47,741 bases of DNA from an uncultured Bacteroidales bacterium (lineage in GTDB: Bacteria > Bacteroidota > Bacteroidia > Bacteroidales > UBA10428). Location of the stretch: assembly GCA_964416375.1 (NCBI GenBank), contig CAYQDZ010000003.1, positions 1 through 47,741 on the forward strand. Direction: 5' to 3'. Made by a program: the position numbers and the translations under genes. Below the pieces are notes generated by a model. That model worked only from the letters and a program-made list of their open reading frames with translations. It was not told the DNA's origin and did no database searches. Shown piece by piece: positions 1 through 11,913 of this stretch (position 1 is the first letter of the stretch; each line of letters starts with the position of its first letter).

Positions 1-60
1 ATATAATTAAAAATCAATAGTATACAACATTTACATTATATCGAACTCACGTTAAAATAT

Positions 61-606
61 ATGGAAAAACTTACGATGAAGGATGGGCTAATACAGGTTG
101 GATTGTATTTTTTATCGGATACCTTGGTTATACCAGCCGGTAAAGCTGTAGCTCTCGATATGAATGCGGTGGATGTAATACATAGCATATACATTCCTGC
201 ATTCAGACTGAAAAAAGACATTGTGCCCGGAACACCATGAACTGCATGGTTTGTCGATACAACATCAGTTTTTGCTGATGCAGGAGCAAATGAGAAAAAA
301 GCATCTTCTTCATCAAGAGGCAGGCAAATTGTTCAGCAGCTGGGCTGCAATGCATGTCATTCGACCGATGGAACAAAAATTGTCGGCCCCTCATACCTGG
401 GGTTATTTGCTAAAACAGAAACCGTAATAGCAGATGGAAAGGAAAAAGAGATCACGATCGATGAAGAATATCTTCGAAGATCAATTCTGGAGCCGAACAG
501 CGAAGTGGTGAAAGGATATAACAAAGGATTAATGCTAAGTTACAAAGATCAGCTTACCGATGAAGAAATTGATCTGATAATTGAATACATAAAAACGGTT
601 AAATAA
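61..606 (+). pseudogene. CoxII-type cupredoxin segment fused to a mono-haem cytochrome c domain, interrupted by an in-frame TGA at 238-240
   Basis: Frame 1 reads ...[42 protein letters not shown]..., the cytochrome oxidase subunit II-like DVIHS..P.F..K.D.VPG block. It continues ...QQLGCNACHSTDGTKIVGPSYLGLF...KGLMLSY...IKTVK with CxxCH at 346-360 and stop TAA at 604-606. There is no CuA ligand block, the first ATG is at 61 with no signal peptide, and the same frame has TAA at 4-6. Confidence 0.45.
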
Positions 607-747
607 GCTGTTATTTTTGAGGTGAAACTTTAGATTTCATACAACATAATCGCTTTCTGTTCATGTTCTTTAATTCCTTATTTGGAGTGTGTTTGAGGTA
701 ATAAAAAAATATTTATCAGTAGTGTCACAATTATTTTTCGCTATGTA

Positions 748-777
748 TTGCTTTTAAGAAAAAAACATCTACCTTTG
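748..777 (+). promoter_or_regulatory. Candidate Bacteroidota-type promoter for the rpsL operon (-33 TTG, -7 TACCTTTG)
   Basis: TTG at 748-750, a 19-nt spacer, then TACCTTTG at 770-777, an exact TAnnTTTG match. It lies 41 nt upstream of the rpsL ATG. Confidence 0.45.
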
Positions 778-817
778 CAAGCCAAATTTTATAAAGTTTT
801 GTATTAAAAACGTTTGT

Positions 818-1192
818 ATGCCAACTATACAGCAATTAGTTAGAAAAGGAAGAAATAAAATGGCAGACAAGAGTAAAGCTCCTGCGCTGGATGCTTGTCC
901 TCAACGTCGTGGAATATGTGTTCGTGTGTATACAACCACTCCAAAAAAGCCTAATTCTGCCATGAGAAAAGTAGCCAGGGTAAGGTTAACAAATCAAAAA
1001 GAAGTGAATGCATACATACCCGGTGAAGGACATAATCTTCAGGAACACTCTGTGGTATTGATTCGTGGAGGCAGGGTAAAAGATCTTCCGGGAGTCAGGT
1101 ATCACCTTATTCGTGGTGCTCTAGATACTGCAGGTGTAGATGGCAGAACACAACGGCGTTCGAAATACGGAACCAAAAGACCTAGGAAATAA
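818..1192 (+). CDS. rpsL: 30S ribosomal protein S12
   Basis: 124 aa, [12 protein letters not shown]...[16 protein letters not shown]...; first gene of the str block. Confidence 0.98.
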   Translation: MPTIQQLVRKGRNKMADKSKAPALDACPQRRGICVRVYTTTPKKPNSAMRKVARVRLTNQKEVNAYIPGEGHNLQEHSVVLIRGGRVKDLPGVRYHLIRGALDTAGVDGRTQRRSKYGTKRPRK

Positions 1193-1213
1193 TTTATTAA
1201 GCCTATTTGATTC

Positions 1214-1690
1214 ATGAGAAAAGCAAAGCCTAAAAAGAGAATATTATTACCGGATCCCAGATACAATGATCCCCTGGTCACAAGGTTTGTTAATAATATG
1301 ATGCTGAACGGTAAAAAAAGTGTTGCCTACAAGATTTTCTATGATGCACTTGATATTGTTGAGAAAAACGGAAAAGATATAGAAGGTTCTGCTTTGGATA
1401 TATGGAAGAAATCATTGGAAAACATTACTCCAATGGTTGAGGTCAAGAGTCGGAGGGTTGGTGGTGCAACTTTTCAAGTTCCTACTGAAATCCGGCCTGA
1501 CAGAAAGGTATCTATTAGCATGAAAAATTTGATTCTCTTTGCCGGCAAGCGGGGAGGTCAATCCATGAGCGAAAAACTTGCGGCAGAAATTCTGGCTGCA
1601 TTCAAGGAAGAAGGGGGAGCCTTTAAAAAGAGAGAAGATACTCACAGAATGGCTGAGGCGAACAAAGCTTTTGCGCATTTCAGATTTTAG
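1214..1690 (+). CDS. rpsG: 30S ribosomal protein S7
   Basis: 158 aa, ...[23 protein letters not shown]...[13 protein letters not shown]; follows rpsL. Confidence 0.98.
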   Translation: MRKAKPKKRILLPDPRYNDPLVTRFVNNMMLNGKKSVAYKIFYDALDIVEKNGKDIEGSALDIWKKSLENITPMVEVKSRRVGGATFQVPTEIRPDRKVSISMKNLILFAGKRGGQSMSEKLAAEILAAFKEEGGAFKKREDTHRMAEANKAFAHFRF

Positions 1691-1749
1691 TGAGGTTTTT
1701 TGACATGACGGATATTAAATATAGTTACTAGCTGATAATTAGTGTTTAA

Positions 1750-3858
1750 ATGAGTTCGAGCCTGGAATATACAAGGAATATAGGTATAATGGCACACATC
1801 GATGCCGGTAAGACCACTGCTACCGAGAGAATCCTGTTCTACACAGGAATTACGCATCGTATTGGAGAGGTGCATGATGGAGCCGCTACGATGGACTGGA
1901 TGGTTCAGGAACAGGAAAGAGGAATTACGATCACTTCAGCTGCTACCACTTGTTTTTGGAATTACCACGATCAGGAATACAAAATCAATATTATTGATAC
2001 CCCGGGGCATGTTGACTTCACTGTTGAAGTGGAGCGCTCGTTGCGTGTACTGGATGGAGCTATTGCTGTATTCTGCGCGGTGGGCGGTGTTGAACCACAA
2101 TCCGAAACGGTATGGAGACAAGCTGACAAGTATGGTGTTCCCAGGTTGGCTTTCGTTAATAAAATGGACAGGGTGGGTGCTGATTTTTATGGTGTTGTAT
2201 CTCAGATGCAGGAAAGGCTTGGTGCAAATCCGATCCCTATGCAATTGCCCATTGGTTCCGAAGAGAATTTTAAAGGGGTAGTTGATCTTATCGAAAGACG
2301 TGCTATTGTTTGGAAAGAAGATGAAACTCTGGGTGTAAAATATGAATATTCAGAGATTCCCGATGATATGGTTGATACGGTCGAGGAATGGAGAGAAAAA
2401 TTGGTTGAAGCTGTATGTGAAACTGACGATGATTTGCTTGAACGTTTTTTTGAAGACCGTGATTCGATTACTGTAGAAGAATTTATGGCAGTTACACGAA
2501 AAGCAGTGATCAATCGTACGATTGTTCCTGTTATGTGTGGTTCTGCCTTCAAGAATAAGGGAATTCAACGTTTGCTTGATGCCATTACAGCGCTTCTTCC
2601 CAGTCCTATAGATATTGGAGCAGTAAATGGTATCAACCCAAAGAATGATGAAAAGATAAGCCGTGATCCTGACCCCTCTCAACCTTTAGCAGCTTTAGCG
2701 TTTAAAATTGCCACCGATCCATTTGTCGGAAGGCTTGTATTTATACGGATTTATTCTGGTACACTGAATGCCGGAGATGTTGTTTATAATCCCCGTACAC
2801 ACAAAAAGGAGAGGATTAACCGCTTGTATCAAATGCATGCCAATAAACAAAATCCAAAAGAAAAAATTGAAGCTGGTGATATCTGTGCCGGTGTCGGGTT
2901 CAAAGATTTAATTACGGGCGATACATTGTGTAACATTAAATTCCAGATTTCACTGGAATCAATGACATTCCCTGAACCTGTTATTGGTATTGCAATAGAG
3001 CCAAAAACTCAGGTCGATATTGATAAACTTTCAACGGCATTACAAAAACTGGCTGAAGAAGATCCGACATTTATAGTAAGTACTGATAATGATTCCGGAC
3101 AGACTGTAATTTCAGGAATGGGGGAACTCCATCTTGAAGTACTTATCGACAGAATGAAAAGAGAATTTAAGGTAGATTGCAATGTTGGCGCACCACAGGT
3201 AGCTTATAAAGAAGCTATCACCAACGTTGTGGAACATCGTGAAGTGTTTAAAAAACAAACTGGCGGAAAAGGTAAATTTGCAGATATATCTGTTGTTTTG
3301 TCACCGGTAGATGAGGGTGAAACAGAATTACAGTTTGTTGATGAAATAAAAGGGGGAAGGATTCCAAAAGAATACATTCCATCTGTTCAGAAGGGATTTA
3401 GAGAATCTATGCGAAACGGTGTTCTTGCCGGATACCCTATTGATAGTTTGAAAGTTGTGTTAAAAGATGGTTCTTATCATCCCGTTGATTCAGATGCTTT
3501 ATCCTTTGAAATTTGTGCCAAGCAGGCATTAAGGAATGGACTGAAGAAAGCCAAGTCAGTTTTGCTTGAACCTATTATGTCAGCTGAGGTCGTTACACCT
3601 GAAGAATATATGGGGGATGTTATTGCTGATTTTAATAGAAGAAGAGGTCAGATTGAGGGAATGGAAACAAAAGCAGGTGCCAGGGTAATTAAGGCAAAAG
3701 TACCTCTTGCTGAGAAATTCGGATATGTAACAGTACTTAGAACATTAACCTCGGGGCGCGCTACATCAACTATGGAATTTTCGCACTATGAAGAGGTACC
3801 TGAAAATATAGCATCAGGAATCATTGAACAAATTAAAGGATCTAAAACGGTTGTATAA
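1750..3858 (+). CDS. fusA: Elongation factor G
   Basis: 702 aa with GTPase motifs [17 protein letters not shown] and NKMD; position after rpsG. Confidence 0.98.
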   Translation: MSSSLEYTRNIGIMAHIDAGKTTATERILFYTGITHRIGEVHDGAATMDWMVQEQERGITITSAATTCFWNYHDQEYKINIIDTPGHVDFTVEVERSLRVLDGAIAVFCAVGGVEPQSETVWRQADKYGVPRLAFVNKMDRVGADFYGVVSQMQERLGANPIPMQLPIGSEENFKGVVDLIERRAIVWKEDETLGVKYEYSEIPDDMVDTVEEWREKLVEAVCETDDDLLERFFEDRDSITVEEFMAVTRKAVINRTIVPVMCGSAFKNKGIQRLLDAITALLPSPIDIGAVNGINPKNDEKISRDPDPSQPLAALAFKIATDPFVGRLVFIRIYSGTLNAGDVVYNPRTHKKERINRLYQMHANKQNPKEKIEAGDICAGVGFKDLITGDTLCNIKFQISLESMTFPEPVIGIAIEPKTQVDIDKLSTALQKLAEEDPTFIVSTDNDSGQTVISGMGELHLEVLIDRMKREFKVDCNVGAPQVAYKEAITNVVEHREVFKKQTGGKGKFADISVVLSPVDEGETELQFVDEIKGGRIPKEYIPSVQKGFRESMRNGVLAGYPIDSLKVVLKDGSYHPVDSDALSFEICAKQALRNGLKKAKSVLLEPIMSAEVVTPEEYMGDVIADFNRRRGQIEGMETKAGARVIKAKVPLAEKFGYVTVLRTLTSGRATSTMEFSHYEEVPENIASGIIEQIKGSKTVV

Positions 3859-3875
3859 TATTTAGAAGTATATAT

Positions 3876-4181
3876 ATGAGTCAGAAAATTAGAATCAAGC
3901 TGAAATCTTACGATCATAATCTGGTTGACAAATCAGCAGAGAAGATCGTAAAAACAGTTAAATCAACGGGTGCTGTTGTAAGTGGTCCAATACCTCTGCC
4001 AACTCATAAAAGAGTATTTACCGTACTTCGATCACCTTTTGTAAACAAAAAATCAAGGGAGCAATTTCAACTATCTTCATTCAAACGGTTGCTTGATATT
4101 TATAGTTCTACACCAAAAACTATCGATGCATTAATGAAGCTTGAATTGCCGAGTGGAGTTGAAGTTGAAATCAAAGTATAA
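3876..4181 (+). CDS. rpsJ: 30S ribosomal protein S10
   Basis: 101 aa, [14 protein letters not shown]...[12 protein letters not shown]; head of the S10 block. Confidence 0.97.
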   Translation: MSQKIRIKLKSYDHNLVDKSAEKIVKTVKSTGAVVSGPIPLPTHKRVFTVLRSPFVNKKSREQFQLSSFKRLLDIYSSTPKTIDALMKLELPSGVEVEIKV

Positions 4182-4201
4182 AAGCTTAAAATAACAATGT
4201 A

Positions 4202-4819
4202 ATGCCAGGACTAATCGGAAAAAAAGTAGGAATGACCTCCGTATTTGATGAAAACGGTAACAATATACCATGCACAGTTTTGGAGGTGGGACCTTGTGTT
4301 GTAACACAAATCAAACGGGAAGAAACGGATGGTTATAATGCAGTGCAGTTAGCCTATGACGAAAAGAAGGAAATAAAAACTTCGAAAGCCATGATAGGGC
4401 ATTTTAAGAAAGCGAATACCACACCAAAGAAGAAGGTTATCGAATTAAAAGGCTTTGTGAAAGACTGGAAACCTGGTGATGTAATAACGGTTGATTATTT
4501 CCATGATGATATATGGCTTGATGTCAAAGCTGATTCAAAAGGTAAAGGTTTTCAGGGTGTTGTAAAACGGTATGGATTCAAGGGGGTAAATGATGCTACA
4601 CATGGCCAGCATAATCGTATGAGAGCACCAGGTTCATTGGGCGCATCTTCTTACCCATCAAAAGTTTTTAAAGGAATGAGAATGGCTGGACGTATGGGAG
4701 GAAAAACGGTTAAGACACTCAATCTGAAAGTGGTTAAAATTGTATCTGAGCAAAATATATTAATGCTTAAAGGATCTGTCCCGGGATCAAATGGTTCTTA
4801 TGTAATAATTGAGAAATAA
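4202..4819 (+). CDS. rplC: 50S ribosomal protein L3
   Basis: 205 aa, [13 protein letters not shown]...[18 protein letters not shown]. Confidence 0.97.
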   Translation: MPGLIGKKVGMTSVFDENGNNIPCTVLEVGPCVVTQIKREETDGYNAVQLAYDEKKEIKTSKAMIGHFKKANTTPKKKVIELKGFVKDWKPGDVITVDYFHDDIWLDVKADSKGKGFQGVVKRYGFKGVNDATHGQHNRMRAPGSLGASSYPSKVFKGMRMAGRMGGKTVKTLNLKVVKIVSEQNILMLKGSVPGSNGSYVIIEK

Positions 4820-5445
4820 TGGAATTAGCTGTATTAAACATAGCAGGTGAGGATACCGGCAAAAAGATAAAACTTAAGAAATCGATTTTTGACGTGGAAC
4901 CAAGCGATCATGCGATTTATCTTGATGTAAAACGGTTCATGGCAAATAACAGGCAGGGAACTCATAAAGCAAAGGAAAGAAGTGATATACATGGCAGTAC
5001 ACGAAAAATAAAAAGACAAAAGGGAACAGGTACTGCCCGTGCCGGAAGCATTAAATCACCAATTTTCAGAGGAGGTGGAAGAGCTTTTGGTCCGCGTCCC
5101 CGTGATTATAGTTTTAAGCTGAATAAGAAAGTAAAAGAGCTTGCACGTAAATCTGCTCTTACTTATAAAGTGAAATCAAATGCTATTGTTGTAGTGGAAG
5201 ATTTTAGTCTTGAGGCACCAAAAACAAAAGATTATCTCAATATGCTTAATTCTTTGAAAATAAGCGATAAAAAATCATTGGTGGTGCTTAATGAACCAAA
5301 TAAAAATATTTATTTGTCATCTCGAAATTTACAAGGCTCTAAAGTTGTAGCAGTATCAGAGTTAAATACTTACGAGATAATGAATGCAGTCAATCTTGTA
5401 TTTGTTGAAAGCTCTCTGAATTCATTGCAGAAGGATGATAATTAG
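4819..5445 (+). CDS. rplD: 50S ribosomal protein L4
   Basis: 208 aa, ...[32 protein letters not shown]...; its ATG overlaps the rplC stop (TAATG). Confidence 0.97.
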   Translation: MELAVLNIAGEDTGKKIKLKKSIFDVEPSDHAIYLDVKRFMANNRQGTHKAKERSDIHGSTRKIKRQKGTGTARAGSIKSPIFRGGGRAFGPRPRDYSFKLNKKVKELARKSALTYKVKSNAIVVVEDFSLEAPKTKDYLNMLNSLKISDKKSLVVLNEPNKNIYLSSRNLQGSKVVAVSELNTYEIMNAVNLVFVESSLNSLQKDDN

Positions 5446-5461
5446 AAATGAATAAAAGTCT

Positions 5462-5752
5462 ATGAATATTTTATTAAAACCCATAGTAACGGAGAAAATG
5501 ACAGCCCAGGGAGAAGATATGAATCGCTTTGGATTTGTTGTAGATAAAAAAGCCAATAAGATTCAGATCAAGAAGGCAGTTGAAGAGATGTATGGTGTCA
5601 ATGTAGTATCAGTAAATACTATGACTTACGCTGGGAAAAGTAAATCACGCTTTACGCGTACCGGAATAATTAAGGGGAGTAGTAAATCTTTTAAGAAAGC
5701 GATTGTAACATTAGCTGAAGGCGATACAATTGATTTTTATAGCAATATCTAA
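5462..5752 (+). CDS. rplW: 50S ribosomal protein L23
   Basis: 96 aa, [10 protein letters not shown]...[16 protein letters not shown]; operon position. Confidence 0.96.
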   Translation: MNILLKPIVTEKMTAQGEDMNRFGFVVDKKANKIQIKKAVEEMYGVNVVSVNTMTYAGKSKSRFTRTGIIKGSSKSFKKAIVTLAEGDTIDFYSNI

Positions 5753-5757
5753 TCAAT

Positions 5758-6588
5758 ATGGCAGTTAGAAAATTAAAACCTGTTACTCCAGGTCAGAGAC
5801 ATAAGATAGTTAGCAACTTTGATGAAATAACCAAATCATCACCTGAGAAATCCTTATTAAAACCACTGAAAAAGTCAGGAGGTCGTAATAGTTCAGGTAA
5901 AATGACAATGCGTTATATTGGAGGTGGGCATAAGAAGCGATACAGAGTTATTGATTTCATCAGAGATAAAGATGGTGTTGAAGCGCTTGTTCATTCTATC
6001 GAATACGATCCTAATCGTACGGCAAGAATAGCTTTACTCATTTATGCTGATGGTGAGAAGAGGTATATATTAGCTCCGAATGGATTAAAGGTTGGTCAAA
6101 AATTGAAATCCGGTAAAGGGATTGCACCTGAGGTTGGAAATTCCCTGACGCTTGGGGAGATACCTCTTGGAACAGTGATACACAATATTGAATTGCACCC
6201 GGGTCAGGGAGGCGTAATGGCACGTAGTGCCGGATCATTTGCCCAGCTTACTTCCAGGGATGGCAAATATGCTATTGTTAAACTTCCATCGGGAGAGTCA
6301 AGAATGGTACTTACTACATGTAAGGCTACTGTTGGAGCAGTCTCAAACTCAGATCACCAGATTATGCGATCGGGCAAGGCAGGAAGAAAAAGGTGGCTGG
6401 GTAGACGACCAAGAGTACGCGGAGTTGCAATGAATCCGGTAGATCACCCGATGGGTGGTGGTGAAGGTCGTGCCTCGGGTGGACATCCACGCTCAAGAAA
6501 TGGTATTCCCGCAAAAGGTTTTAAAACCCGCTCTAAGAATAAGGCATCAAATAAATATATAGTTGAAAAAAGAAAAATAAATAAATAA
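5758..6588 (+). CDS. rplB: 50S ribosomal protein L2
   Basis: 276 aa, ...[13 protein letters not shown]...[14 protein letters not shown].... Confidence 0.98.
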   Translation: MAVRKLKPVTPGQRHKIVSNFDEITKSSPEKSLLKPLKKSGGRNSSGKMTMRYIGGGHKKRYRVIDFIRDKDGVEALVHSIEYDPNRTARIALLIYADGEKRYILAPNGLKVGQKLKSGKGIAPEVGNSLTLGEIPLGTVIHNIELHPGQGGVMARSAGSFAQLTSRDGKYAIVKLPSGESRMVLTTCKATVGAVSNSDHQIMRSGKAGRKRWLGRRPRVRGVAMNPVDHPMGGGEGRASGGHPRSRNGIPAKGFKTRSKNKASNKYIVEKRKINK

Positions 6589-6594
6589 GAATCT

Positions 6595-6861
6595 ATGAGT
6601 CGCTCGCTAAAAAAAGGACCCTTTATCGACTATAAGCTGGAGAAAAGAGTTACTGACATGAACCAGGCAAATAAGAAACAGGTGATAAAAACCTGGTCAC
6701 GCCGATCGATGATTTCTCCTGATTTTGTGGGACATACCATTGCAGTTCATAACGGCAATAAATTCATACCAGTGTACATTACGGAGAACATGGTAGGACA
6801 TAAATTGGGTGAATTTGCACCGACAAGAATTTTCAGGGGTCATGGTGGTAGGCAAAAATAA
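6595..6861 (+). CDS. rpsS: 30S ribosomal protein S19
   Basis: 88 aa, [14 protein letters not shown]...[16 protein letters not shown]. Confidence 0.97.
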   Translation: MSRSLKKGPFIDYKLEKRVTDMNQANKKQVIKTWSRRSMISPDFVGHTIAVHNGNKFIPVYITENMVGHKLGEFAPTRIFRGHGGRQK

Positions 6862-6897
6862 TCTTACTTAACCAATAGCATTAAAGAGATTTTAAAA

Positions 6898-7344
6898 ATG
6901 GGAGCAAGGAAAAGAAAAAGAGCCGAACAACTTAAAGAACTGAAAAAGAATACTTTTTCGGCTGAATTAAAAAATTGTCCGACATCTCCACGCAAAATGA
7001 GGCTTGTTGCTGATATGATTCGTGGTAATGAAGTAAATAGTGCACTTGACAAATTAAAATACAATTCAAAAGAAGCATCAAAAAGGCTCGAAAAGTTGGT
7101 GCTTTCAGCAATAGCCAACTGGCAGGTAAAGAATGAAAATGTTCGACTTGAAGATAGCAAACTGATTATAAAAGAGATATTTGTTAATCAGGCAAGAACT
7201 TTAAAAAGAATCCGACCGGCACCGCAAGGAAGGGCATTCCGAATAAGAAAAAGATCGAATCATGTTACGGTTGTTCTTGGCAATATGAATGATAAGGTTG
7301 AAGAAAAAATAGAGAAAAAAGATAACGATACTCAAACAAAATAA
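6898..7344 (+). CDS. rplV: 50S ribosomal protein L22
   Basis: 148 aa, ...[14 protein letters not shown]...[20 protein letters not shown], with a short charged C-terminal tail. Confidence 0.95.
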   Translation: MGARKRKRAEQLKELKKNTFSAELKNCPTSPRKMRLVADMIRGNEVNSALDKLKYNSKEASKRLEKLVLSAIANWQVKNENVRLEDSKLIIKEIFVNQARTLKRIRPAPQGRAFRIRKRSNHVTVVLGNMNDKVEEKIEKKDNDTQTK

Positions 7345-7349
7345 TTTTA

Positions 7350-8054
7350 ATGGGACAAAAAGTAAATCCGATAAGCAATAGATTAGGTATCATCAAAGGT
7401 TGGGATTCCAATTGGTATGGAGGCAGGAACTATGCTGATAAAATTGTGGAAGACGACCGTATCCGTAATTACCTGAATGCTCGCCTGGCAAAGGCTAGTA
7501 TTTCAAAAATAATCATTGAAAGAACCCTTAAGCTTATTACAGTTACTGTAAATACTGCCAGACCAGGTATTATTATCGGAAAAGGCGGACAAGAAGTTGA
7601 CAAGCTGAAGGAAGAGCTAAAGAAAATTACCAATAAAGAAGTTCAGATCAATATATTTGAAGTCAAAAGGCCTGAGCTTGATGCTACTATTGTTGCAAAC
7701 AATATAGCTCGCCAGGTTGAAGGACGTATTTCTTATCGTCGTGCAATAAAAATGTCCATTGCTTCAACTATGAGAATGGGAGCAGATGGCATTAAGGTAT
7801 TAATTTCCGGAAGATTAGGGGGCGCGGAAATGGCACGATCAGAAATGTATAAAGAAGGAAGAACTCCACTGCATACTTTGCGATCTAACATTGATTATGC
7901 CCTTACTGAAGCCAGTACCAAGGTAGGCGTTATCGGCATCAAAGTGTGGATTTGTAAAGGTGAAGTATACGGGAAAGTTGACCTTTCGCCGAATATTGGA
8001 GCTTCAAAGGGATATGCAAAGGGGAAAGGGAATTTTAAAAAGAGAAGAAAATAA
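7350..8054 (+). CDS. rpsC: 30S ribosomal protein S3
   Basis: 234 aa, [14 protein letters not shown]...[15 protein letters not shown]... (KH domain). Confidence 0.98.
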   Translation: MGQKVNPISNRLGIIKGWDSNWYGGRNYADKIVEDDRIRNYLNARLAKASISKIIIERTLKLITVTVNTARPGIIIGKGGQEVDKLKEELKKITNKEVQINIFEVKRPELDATIVANNIARQVEGRISYRRAIKMSIASTMRMGADGIKVLISGRLGGAEMARSEMYKEGRTPLHTLRSNIDYALTEASTKVGVIGIKVWICKGEVYGKVDLSPNIGASKGYAKGKGNFKKRRK

Positions 8055-8083
8055 AATTTTTCTATCAGATAATTTGTTGAAAG

Positions 8084-8512
8084 ATGTTACAACCAAAGAA
8101 AACTAAATACAGGAGAAGGCAAAAAGGGAGAATGAAAGGCAATGCTCAAAGAGGAAATCAATTGTCTTTTGGATCTTTTGGAATGAAATCGATACAGACT
8201 GCCTGGATTACGGGACGCCAGATTGAAGCCGCACGACAGGCAGTAACAAGGCATATGAAAAGAGAGGGTCAGATATGGATAAGAATTTTCCCTGATAAAC
8301 CCATCACAAAAAAGCCCGCTGAAGTTAGGATGGGTAAAGGAAAAGGTGCTCCCGAAGGTTTTGTTGCCCCGGTAACCCCCGGTCGTATTATAATGGAACT
8401 TGAAGGTATACCTCTGGAGATAGCCAAGGAAGCTTTACGCCTTGGAGCCCAGAAACTTCCTGTTACAACAAAATTTATTGTACGACGTGATTACGTTGAA
8501 AATTTAAACTGA
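8084..8512 (+). CDS. rplP: 50S ribosomal protein L16
   Basis: 142 aa, [19 protein letters not shown]...[11 protein letters not shown].... The only CDS here ending in TGA (8510-8512), and it is followed at once by TAA (8513-8515). Confidence 0.97.
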   Translation: MLQPKKTKYRRRQKGRMKGNAQRGNQLSFGSFGMKSIQTAWITGRQIEAARQAVTRHMKREGQIWIRIFPDKPITKKPAEVRMGKGKGAPEGFVAPVTPGRIIMELEGIPLEIAKEALRLGAQKLPVTTKFIVRRDYVENLN

Positions 8513-8518
8513 TAAGAA

Positions 8519-8725
8519 ATGAAGGCAACAGAATTACGTGAATTATCTGTAACGGAACTTGAAGAACGAATAGAGAATGAAAAAAATATTCTGGTAAAAC
8601 AGAAGCTGAATCATGCAATCTCACCTCTCGACAATCCACAGAAGGTAAAAGTGACGAGAAGGAATATTGCAAGAATGATAACAGTTTTGCATCAGAAGCA
8701 AATAACAGAAAAAAGTAACGATTAA
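8519..8725 (+). CDS. rpmC: 50S ribosomal protein L29
   Basis: 68 aa, MKATELRELSVTELEERI...; operon position. Confidence 0.95.
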   Translation: MKATELRELSVTELEERIENEKNILVKQKLNHAISPLDNPQKVKVTRRNIARMITVLHQKQITEKSND

Positions 8726-8734
8726 TACGAATCA

Positions 8735-8992
8735 ATGGAAACCAGGAATCTTAGAAAAGAGCGTACAGGTGTTGTTGTAAGCAACAAAATGGAAAAGTCC
8801 ATTGTCATTGCTGTAAAAAGAAAGGTGAAACATCCAATCTATGGCAAGTTTGTGAACAAAACTTCAAAACTGATGGCTCAGGATGAAAAGAATGAGTGCA
8901 ATGAAGGTGATGTAGTTAGAATCATGGAAACTCGTCCGCTCAGTAAGAATAAATGTTGGAGATTAGTTGAAATTATTGAAAGAGCTAAATAG
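8735..8992 (+). CDS. rpsQ: 30S ribosomal protein S17
   Basis: 85 aa, ...[21 protein letters not shown]...HPIYGKF...[14 protein letters not shown]. Confidence 0.96.
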   Translation: METRNLRKERTGVVVSNKMEKSIVIAVKRKVKHPIYGKFVNKTSKLMAQDEKNECNEGDVVRIMETRPLSKNKCWRLVEIIERAK

Positions 8993-8994
8993 TT

Positions 8995-9360
8995 ATGATA
9001 CAACAAGAATCCAGAATGGCAGTTGCCGATAATAGCGGAGCCAAAGAAGTGCTCTGCATTCGAGTTCTTGGAGGAACACGAAAAAGATATGCTACAGTTG
9101 GTGATAAGGTGGTTGTTACAGTAAAAAGTGCAATACCTTCAGGAGAAGTGAAGAAAGGAACAGTTAGCAAGGCAGTTGTAGTACGTACAAAAAAGGAAAT
9201 CCGTCGGAAAGATGGATCTTACATACGGTTTGATGACAATGCTGTTGTTCTTCTTAATAATGCAGATGAGATTAGAGGTACCAGAATTTTCGGTCCCGTA
9301 GCCAGAGAGTTACGCGATAAATACATGAAAATTGTTTCACTGGCACCCGAAGTATTATAA
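8995..9360 (+). CDS. rplN: 50S ribosomal protein L14
   Basis: 121 aa, [27 protein letters not shown].... Confidence 0.98.
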   Translation: MIQQESRMAVADNSGAKEVLCIRVLGGTRKRYATVGDKVVVTVKSAIPSGEVKKGTVSKAVVVRTKKEIRRKDGSYIRFDDNAVVLLNNADEIRGTRIFGPVARELRDKYMKIVSLAPEVL

Positions 9361-9374
9361 TAACACAAGTTGCG

Positions 9375-9698
9375 ATGCAAAAGAAACTTCATATAAAAAA
9401 AAGCGATACTGTATTTGTAAATTCAGGTGAATACAAAGGTCAGAAAGGCAGAGTTCTGGAGGTAATCCGTTCCACCAACAGGGCAATTGTAGAAGGTATA
9501 AACATGATTTCAAAACATACTAAACCCAATGCTCAAAATCCTGATGGAGGGATTGTTAAAAAGGAAGCTCCTATTCATATATCAAACCTTATGTTGATTG
9601 ATCCCACAACGGGTGAACCAACACGAATTGGGAAAAAACTAAACGACAAAGGGAAATTAGTAAGGTATTCTAAAAAATCAGGAGAGGAGATTAAATAA
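9375..9698 (+). CDS. rplX: 50S ribosomal protein L24
   Basis: 107 aa with a KOW-type block, [23 protein letters not shown]. Confidence 0.96.
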   Translation: MQKKLHIKKSDTVFVNSGEYKGQKGRVLEVIRSTNRAIVEGINMISKHTKPNAQNPDGGIVKKEAPIHISNLMLIDPTTGEPTRIGKKLNDKGKLVRYSKKSGEEIK

Positions 9699-10255
9699 TG
9701 GCTTTAGTACCTAATTTAATGAAAAAATATGCAGAGGAAATTGTTCCTGCTTTGAAAAAGGGATTCAATTACAAATCTGTTATGCAAGTACCCAGGCTTA
9801 CCAAGATTATTATTAATCAAGGAGTCGGACAGGCAGTTGCTGATAAAAAAATGGCTGATACAGTTCAGGAAGAGCTTACTATAATTACCGGTCAGAAGGC
9901 AATTCAAACCCTTTCGAAGAAAGACGTATCAAATTTCAAGCTGCGTAAAAAGATGCCCATTGGCGTGAAAGTTACTCTGAGGCGAGAAAAAATGTTCGAA
10001 TTTCTAGAAAGATTGATTTGTGTGGCAATTCCTAGAATCAGGGATTTTAGAGGGATTCCTTCAAAACTGGACGGACGGGGAAATTATACAATGGGTATTA
10101 CGGAACAGATAATTTTTCCTGAAATTGATATTGATAAAATAAGTAAGATTCTTGGAATGGAAATAACAATTGTTACTACAGCAAATACAGACGAGGAAGC
10201 ATTAGCACTGCTTAAAGAATTCGGTTTACCATTTAAAAACGTGAAAAACAATTAG
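9698..10255 (+). CDS. rplE: 50S ribosomal protein L5
   Basis: 185 aa, ...[13 protein letters not shown]...RDFRGI...[18 protein letters not shown]; its ATG overlaps the rplX stop. Confidence 0.97.
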   Translation: MALVPNLMKKYAEEIVPALKKGFNYKSVMQVPRLTKIIINQGVGQAVADKKMADTVQEELTIITGQKAIQTLSKKDVSNFKLRKKMPIGVKVTLRREKMFEFLERLICVAIPRIRDFRGIPSKLDGRGNYTMGITEQIIFPEIDIDKISKILGMEITIVTTANTDEEALALLKEFGLPFKNVKNN

Positions 10256-10259
10256 CAGT

Positions 10260-10529
10260 ATGGCAAAAGAATCAATGAAAGCACGCGAAGTAAAACGCGC
10301 CAGACTGGTTGCTAGATACGCAGAAAAACGAGCAAAGCTGAAAGCCGAAGGTGACTACCAGGCTTTGAGTCGTTTACCGAGGAATTCGAATCCGATACGT
10401 ATGCATAACAGATGCAAAATAACAGGCAGACCAAAAGGATATATGAGACAGTTTGGTATTAGCAGAATTACATTCCGTGAAATGGCCTCATCCGGTCTTA
10501 TTCCGGGAGTAAAAAAAGCCAGCTGGTAA
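10260..10529 (+). CDS. rpsN: 30S ribosomal protein S14 (long, non-zinc form)
   Basis: 89 aa, [13 protein letters not shown]...[25 protein letters not shown]...; a single Cys, so no zinc-binding CxxC pairs. Confidence 0.96.
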   Translation: MAKESMKAREVKRARLVARYAEKRAKLKAEGDYQALSRLPRNSNPIRMHNRCKITGRPKGYMRQFGISRITFREMASSGLIPGVKKASW

Positions 10530-10562
10530 AGAAAAGTAAAGAAAAGATAATTAATATAGAAT

Positions 10563-10958
10563 ATGACTGATCCAATAGCTGATTATTTAACAAGATTGCG
10601 TAATGGCATCATGGCAAAACACCGTATTGTTGAGGTGCCGGCTTCGAATATGAAAAGAGATATGACCCGCATATTATTTGAAAAGGGGTATATCCTGAAC
10701 TACAAATTTGAAGATAAAGGTCCGCAGGGAAATATAAAGATAGCTCTGAAATATCATCCGGAAACAAAACATTCTGCCATTAAAAGTCTTAAAAGAATAA
10801 GCAAACCTGGATTGCGAAAATATACTGACAAAGATGAATTGCCTCGTGTATTGAATGGTCTTGGCATTGCTATAATATCAACGTCTCAGGGTGTTATGAC
10901 AGATAAAGAAGCCCGGCAGAAAAATATCGGTGGTGAGGTATTGTGTTATATTTATTAA
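10563..10958 (+). CDS. rpsH: 30S ribosomal protein S8
   Basis: 131 aa, [15 protein letters not shown]...GGEVLCYIY. Confidence 0.97.
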   Translation: MTDPIADYLTRLRNGIMAKHRIVEVPASNMKRDMTRILFEKGYILNYKFEDKGPQGNIKIALKYHPETKHSAIKSLKRISKPGLRKYTDKDELPRVLNGLGIAIISTSQGVMTDKEARQKNIGGEVLCYIY

Positions 10959-10973
10959 TGAAAGAGTAAAAAC

Positions 10974-11531
10974 ATGTCACGAATTGGAAAATTACCTATT
11001 GAATTGCCGGAAGGTGTAACTGTGGAAGTTGCTGGTGATAATACTCTTACGGTTAAAGGTCCTTTGGGCGAGCTGACCCAAAGGATGGATCCTGACATTA
11101 CCCTGGATATAAAAGAAAGTATTGTGTCATTGACAAGAGCAACGGAACAAAAAAGACACAAAGCGCTTCATGGTTTATACAGATCTCTTTTGAATAATAT
11201 GATAATAGGTGTCTCAACAGGATATACCATCCAACAAGAACTTGTGGGAGTAGGATATAAAGCAGAAGCAAAAGGACAAATATTGGAGATGAGTCTTGGT
11301 TTTTCTCACGATATTTATCTCAGGCTTCCCCAGGAGGTTAAGGTGGAAACAAAGACGGAAAGAAGAAGTAATCCTGTTATCACATTAACCAGCATAGATA
11401 AGCAATTGATTGGACAGGTTGCTGCAAAAATCAGATCTCTTCGTCCGCCAGAACCATATAAAGGAAAAGGCATTAAGTTTGTTGGTGAACAAATACGTAA
11501 AAAAGCAGGTAAAACTGCCAGTGTACAATAG
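10974..11531 (+). CDS. rplF: 50S ribosomal protein L6
   Basis: 185 aa, MSRIGKLPIELPEGVTVEV...PEPYKGKGIKFVGE. Confidence 0.97.
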   Translation: MSRIGKLPIELPEGVTVEVAGDNTLTVKGPLGELTQRMDPDITLDIKESIVSLTRATEQKRHKALHGLYRSLLNNMIIGVSTGYTIQQELVGVGYKAEAKGQILEMSLGFSHDIYLRLPQEVKVETKTERRSNPVITLTSIDKQLIGQVAAKIRSLRPPEPYKGKGIKFVGEQIRKKAGKTASVQ

Positions 11532-11547
11532 ATAAATTCAATTAACA

Positions 11548-11907
11548 ATGGCTTTAAGTAAGCGAGATCGCAGAATAAGAATTAAACATAGAATTAGAAA
11601 GAGATTGAGTGGGAATCAGAATAGACCACGATTTACTGTCTTTCGAAGCAATAAGCAGATCTATGTACAGCTTATCGATGACGTACAGAAAAAAACACTA
11701 GTTTCTGCTTCATCTATGACAAAAGAAATTCTTGATAAAAAAAATATCAACAAAACAGAGCAGGCAAAGTTGGTTGGAAAACTGGCTGCTGAGAAATCCA
11801 AAGATGCAGGCATTACACAAGTTGTATTTGATAGAAACGGATACTTATATCATGGAAGAATAAAAGCACTTGCTGAAGCCGCAAGAGAAGCAGGATTAAA
11901 ATTTTAA
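11548..11907 (+). CDS. rplR: 50S ribosomal protein L18
   Basis: 119 aa, ...[20 protein letters not shown]...[26 protein letters not shown]. Confidence 0.97.
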   Translation: MALSKRDRRIRIKHRIRKRLSGNQNRPRFTVFRSNKQIYVQLIDDVQKKTLVSASSMTKEILDKKNINKTEQAKLVGKLAAEKSKDAGITQVVFDRNGYLYHGRIKALAEAAREAGLKF

Positions 11908-11913
11908 AGCATT

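Noticed and set aside
221-427. 68-aa plus-strand ORF ([10 protein letters not shown]...) and 203-394 minus-strand ORF.
   Set aside because: The conserved cupredoxin and CxxCH cytochrome c motifs lie in frame 1. These ORFs are frame-2 or antisense overlaps with no motif content.
1802-2682. ORF-track entries 1802-2281 (+), 1936-2244 (-), 2202-2552 (-) and 2350-2682 (-).
   Set aside because: They lie out of frame or antisense entirely within fusA, whose frame carries unmistakable EF-G motifs. They are low-complexity translations with no recognisable features.
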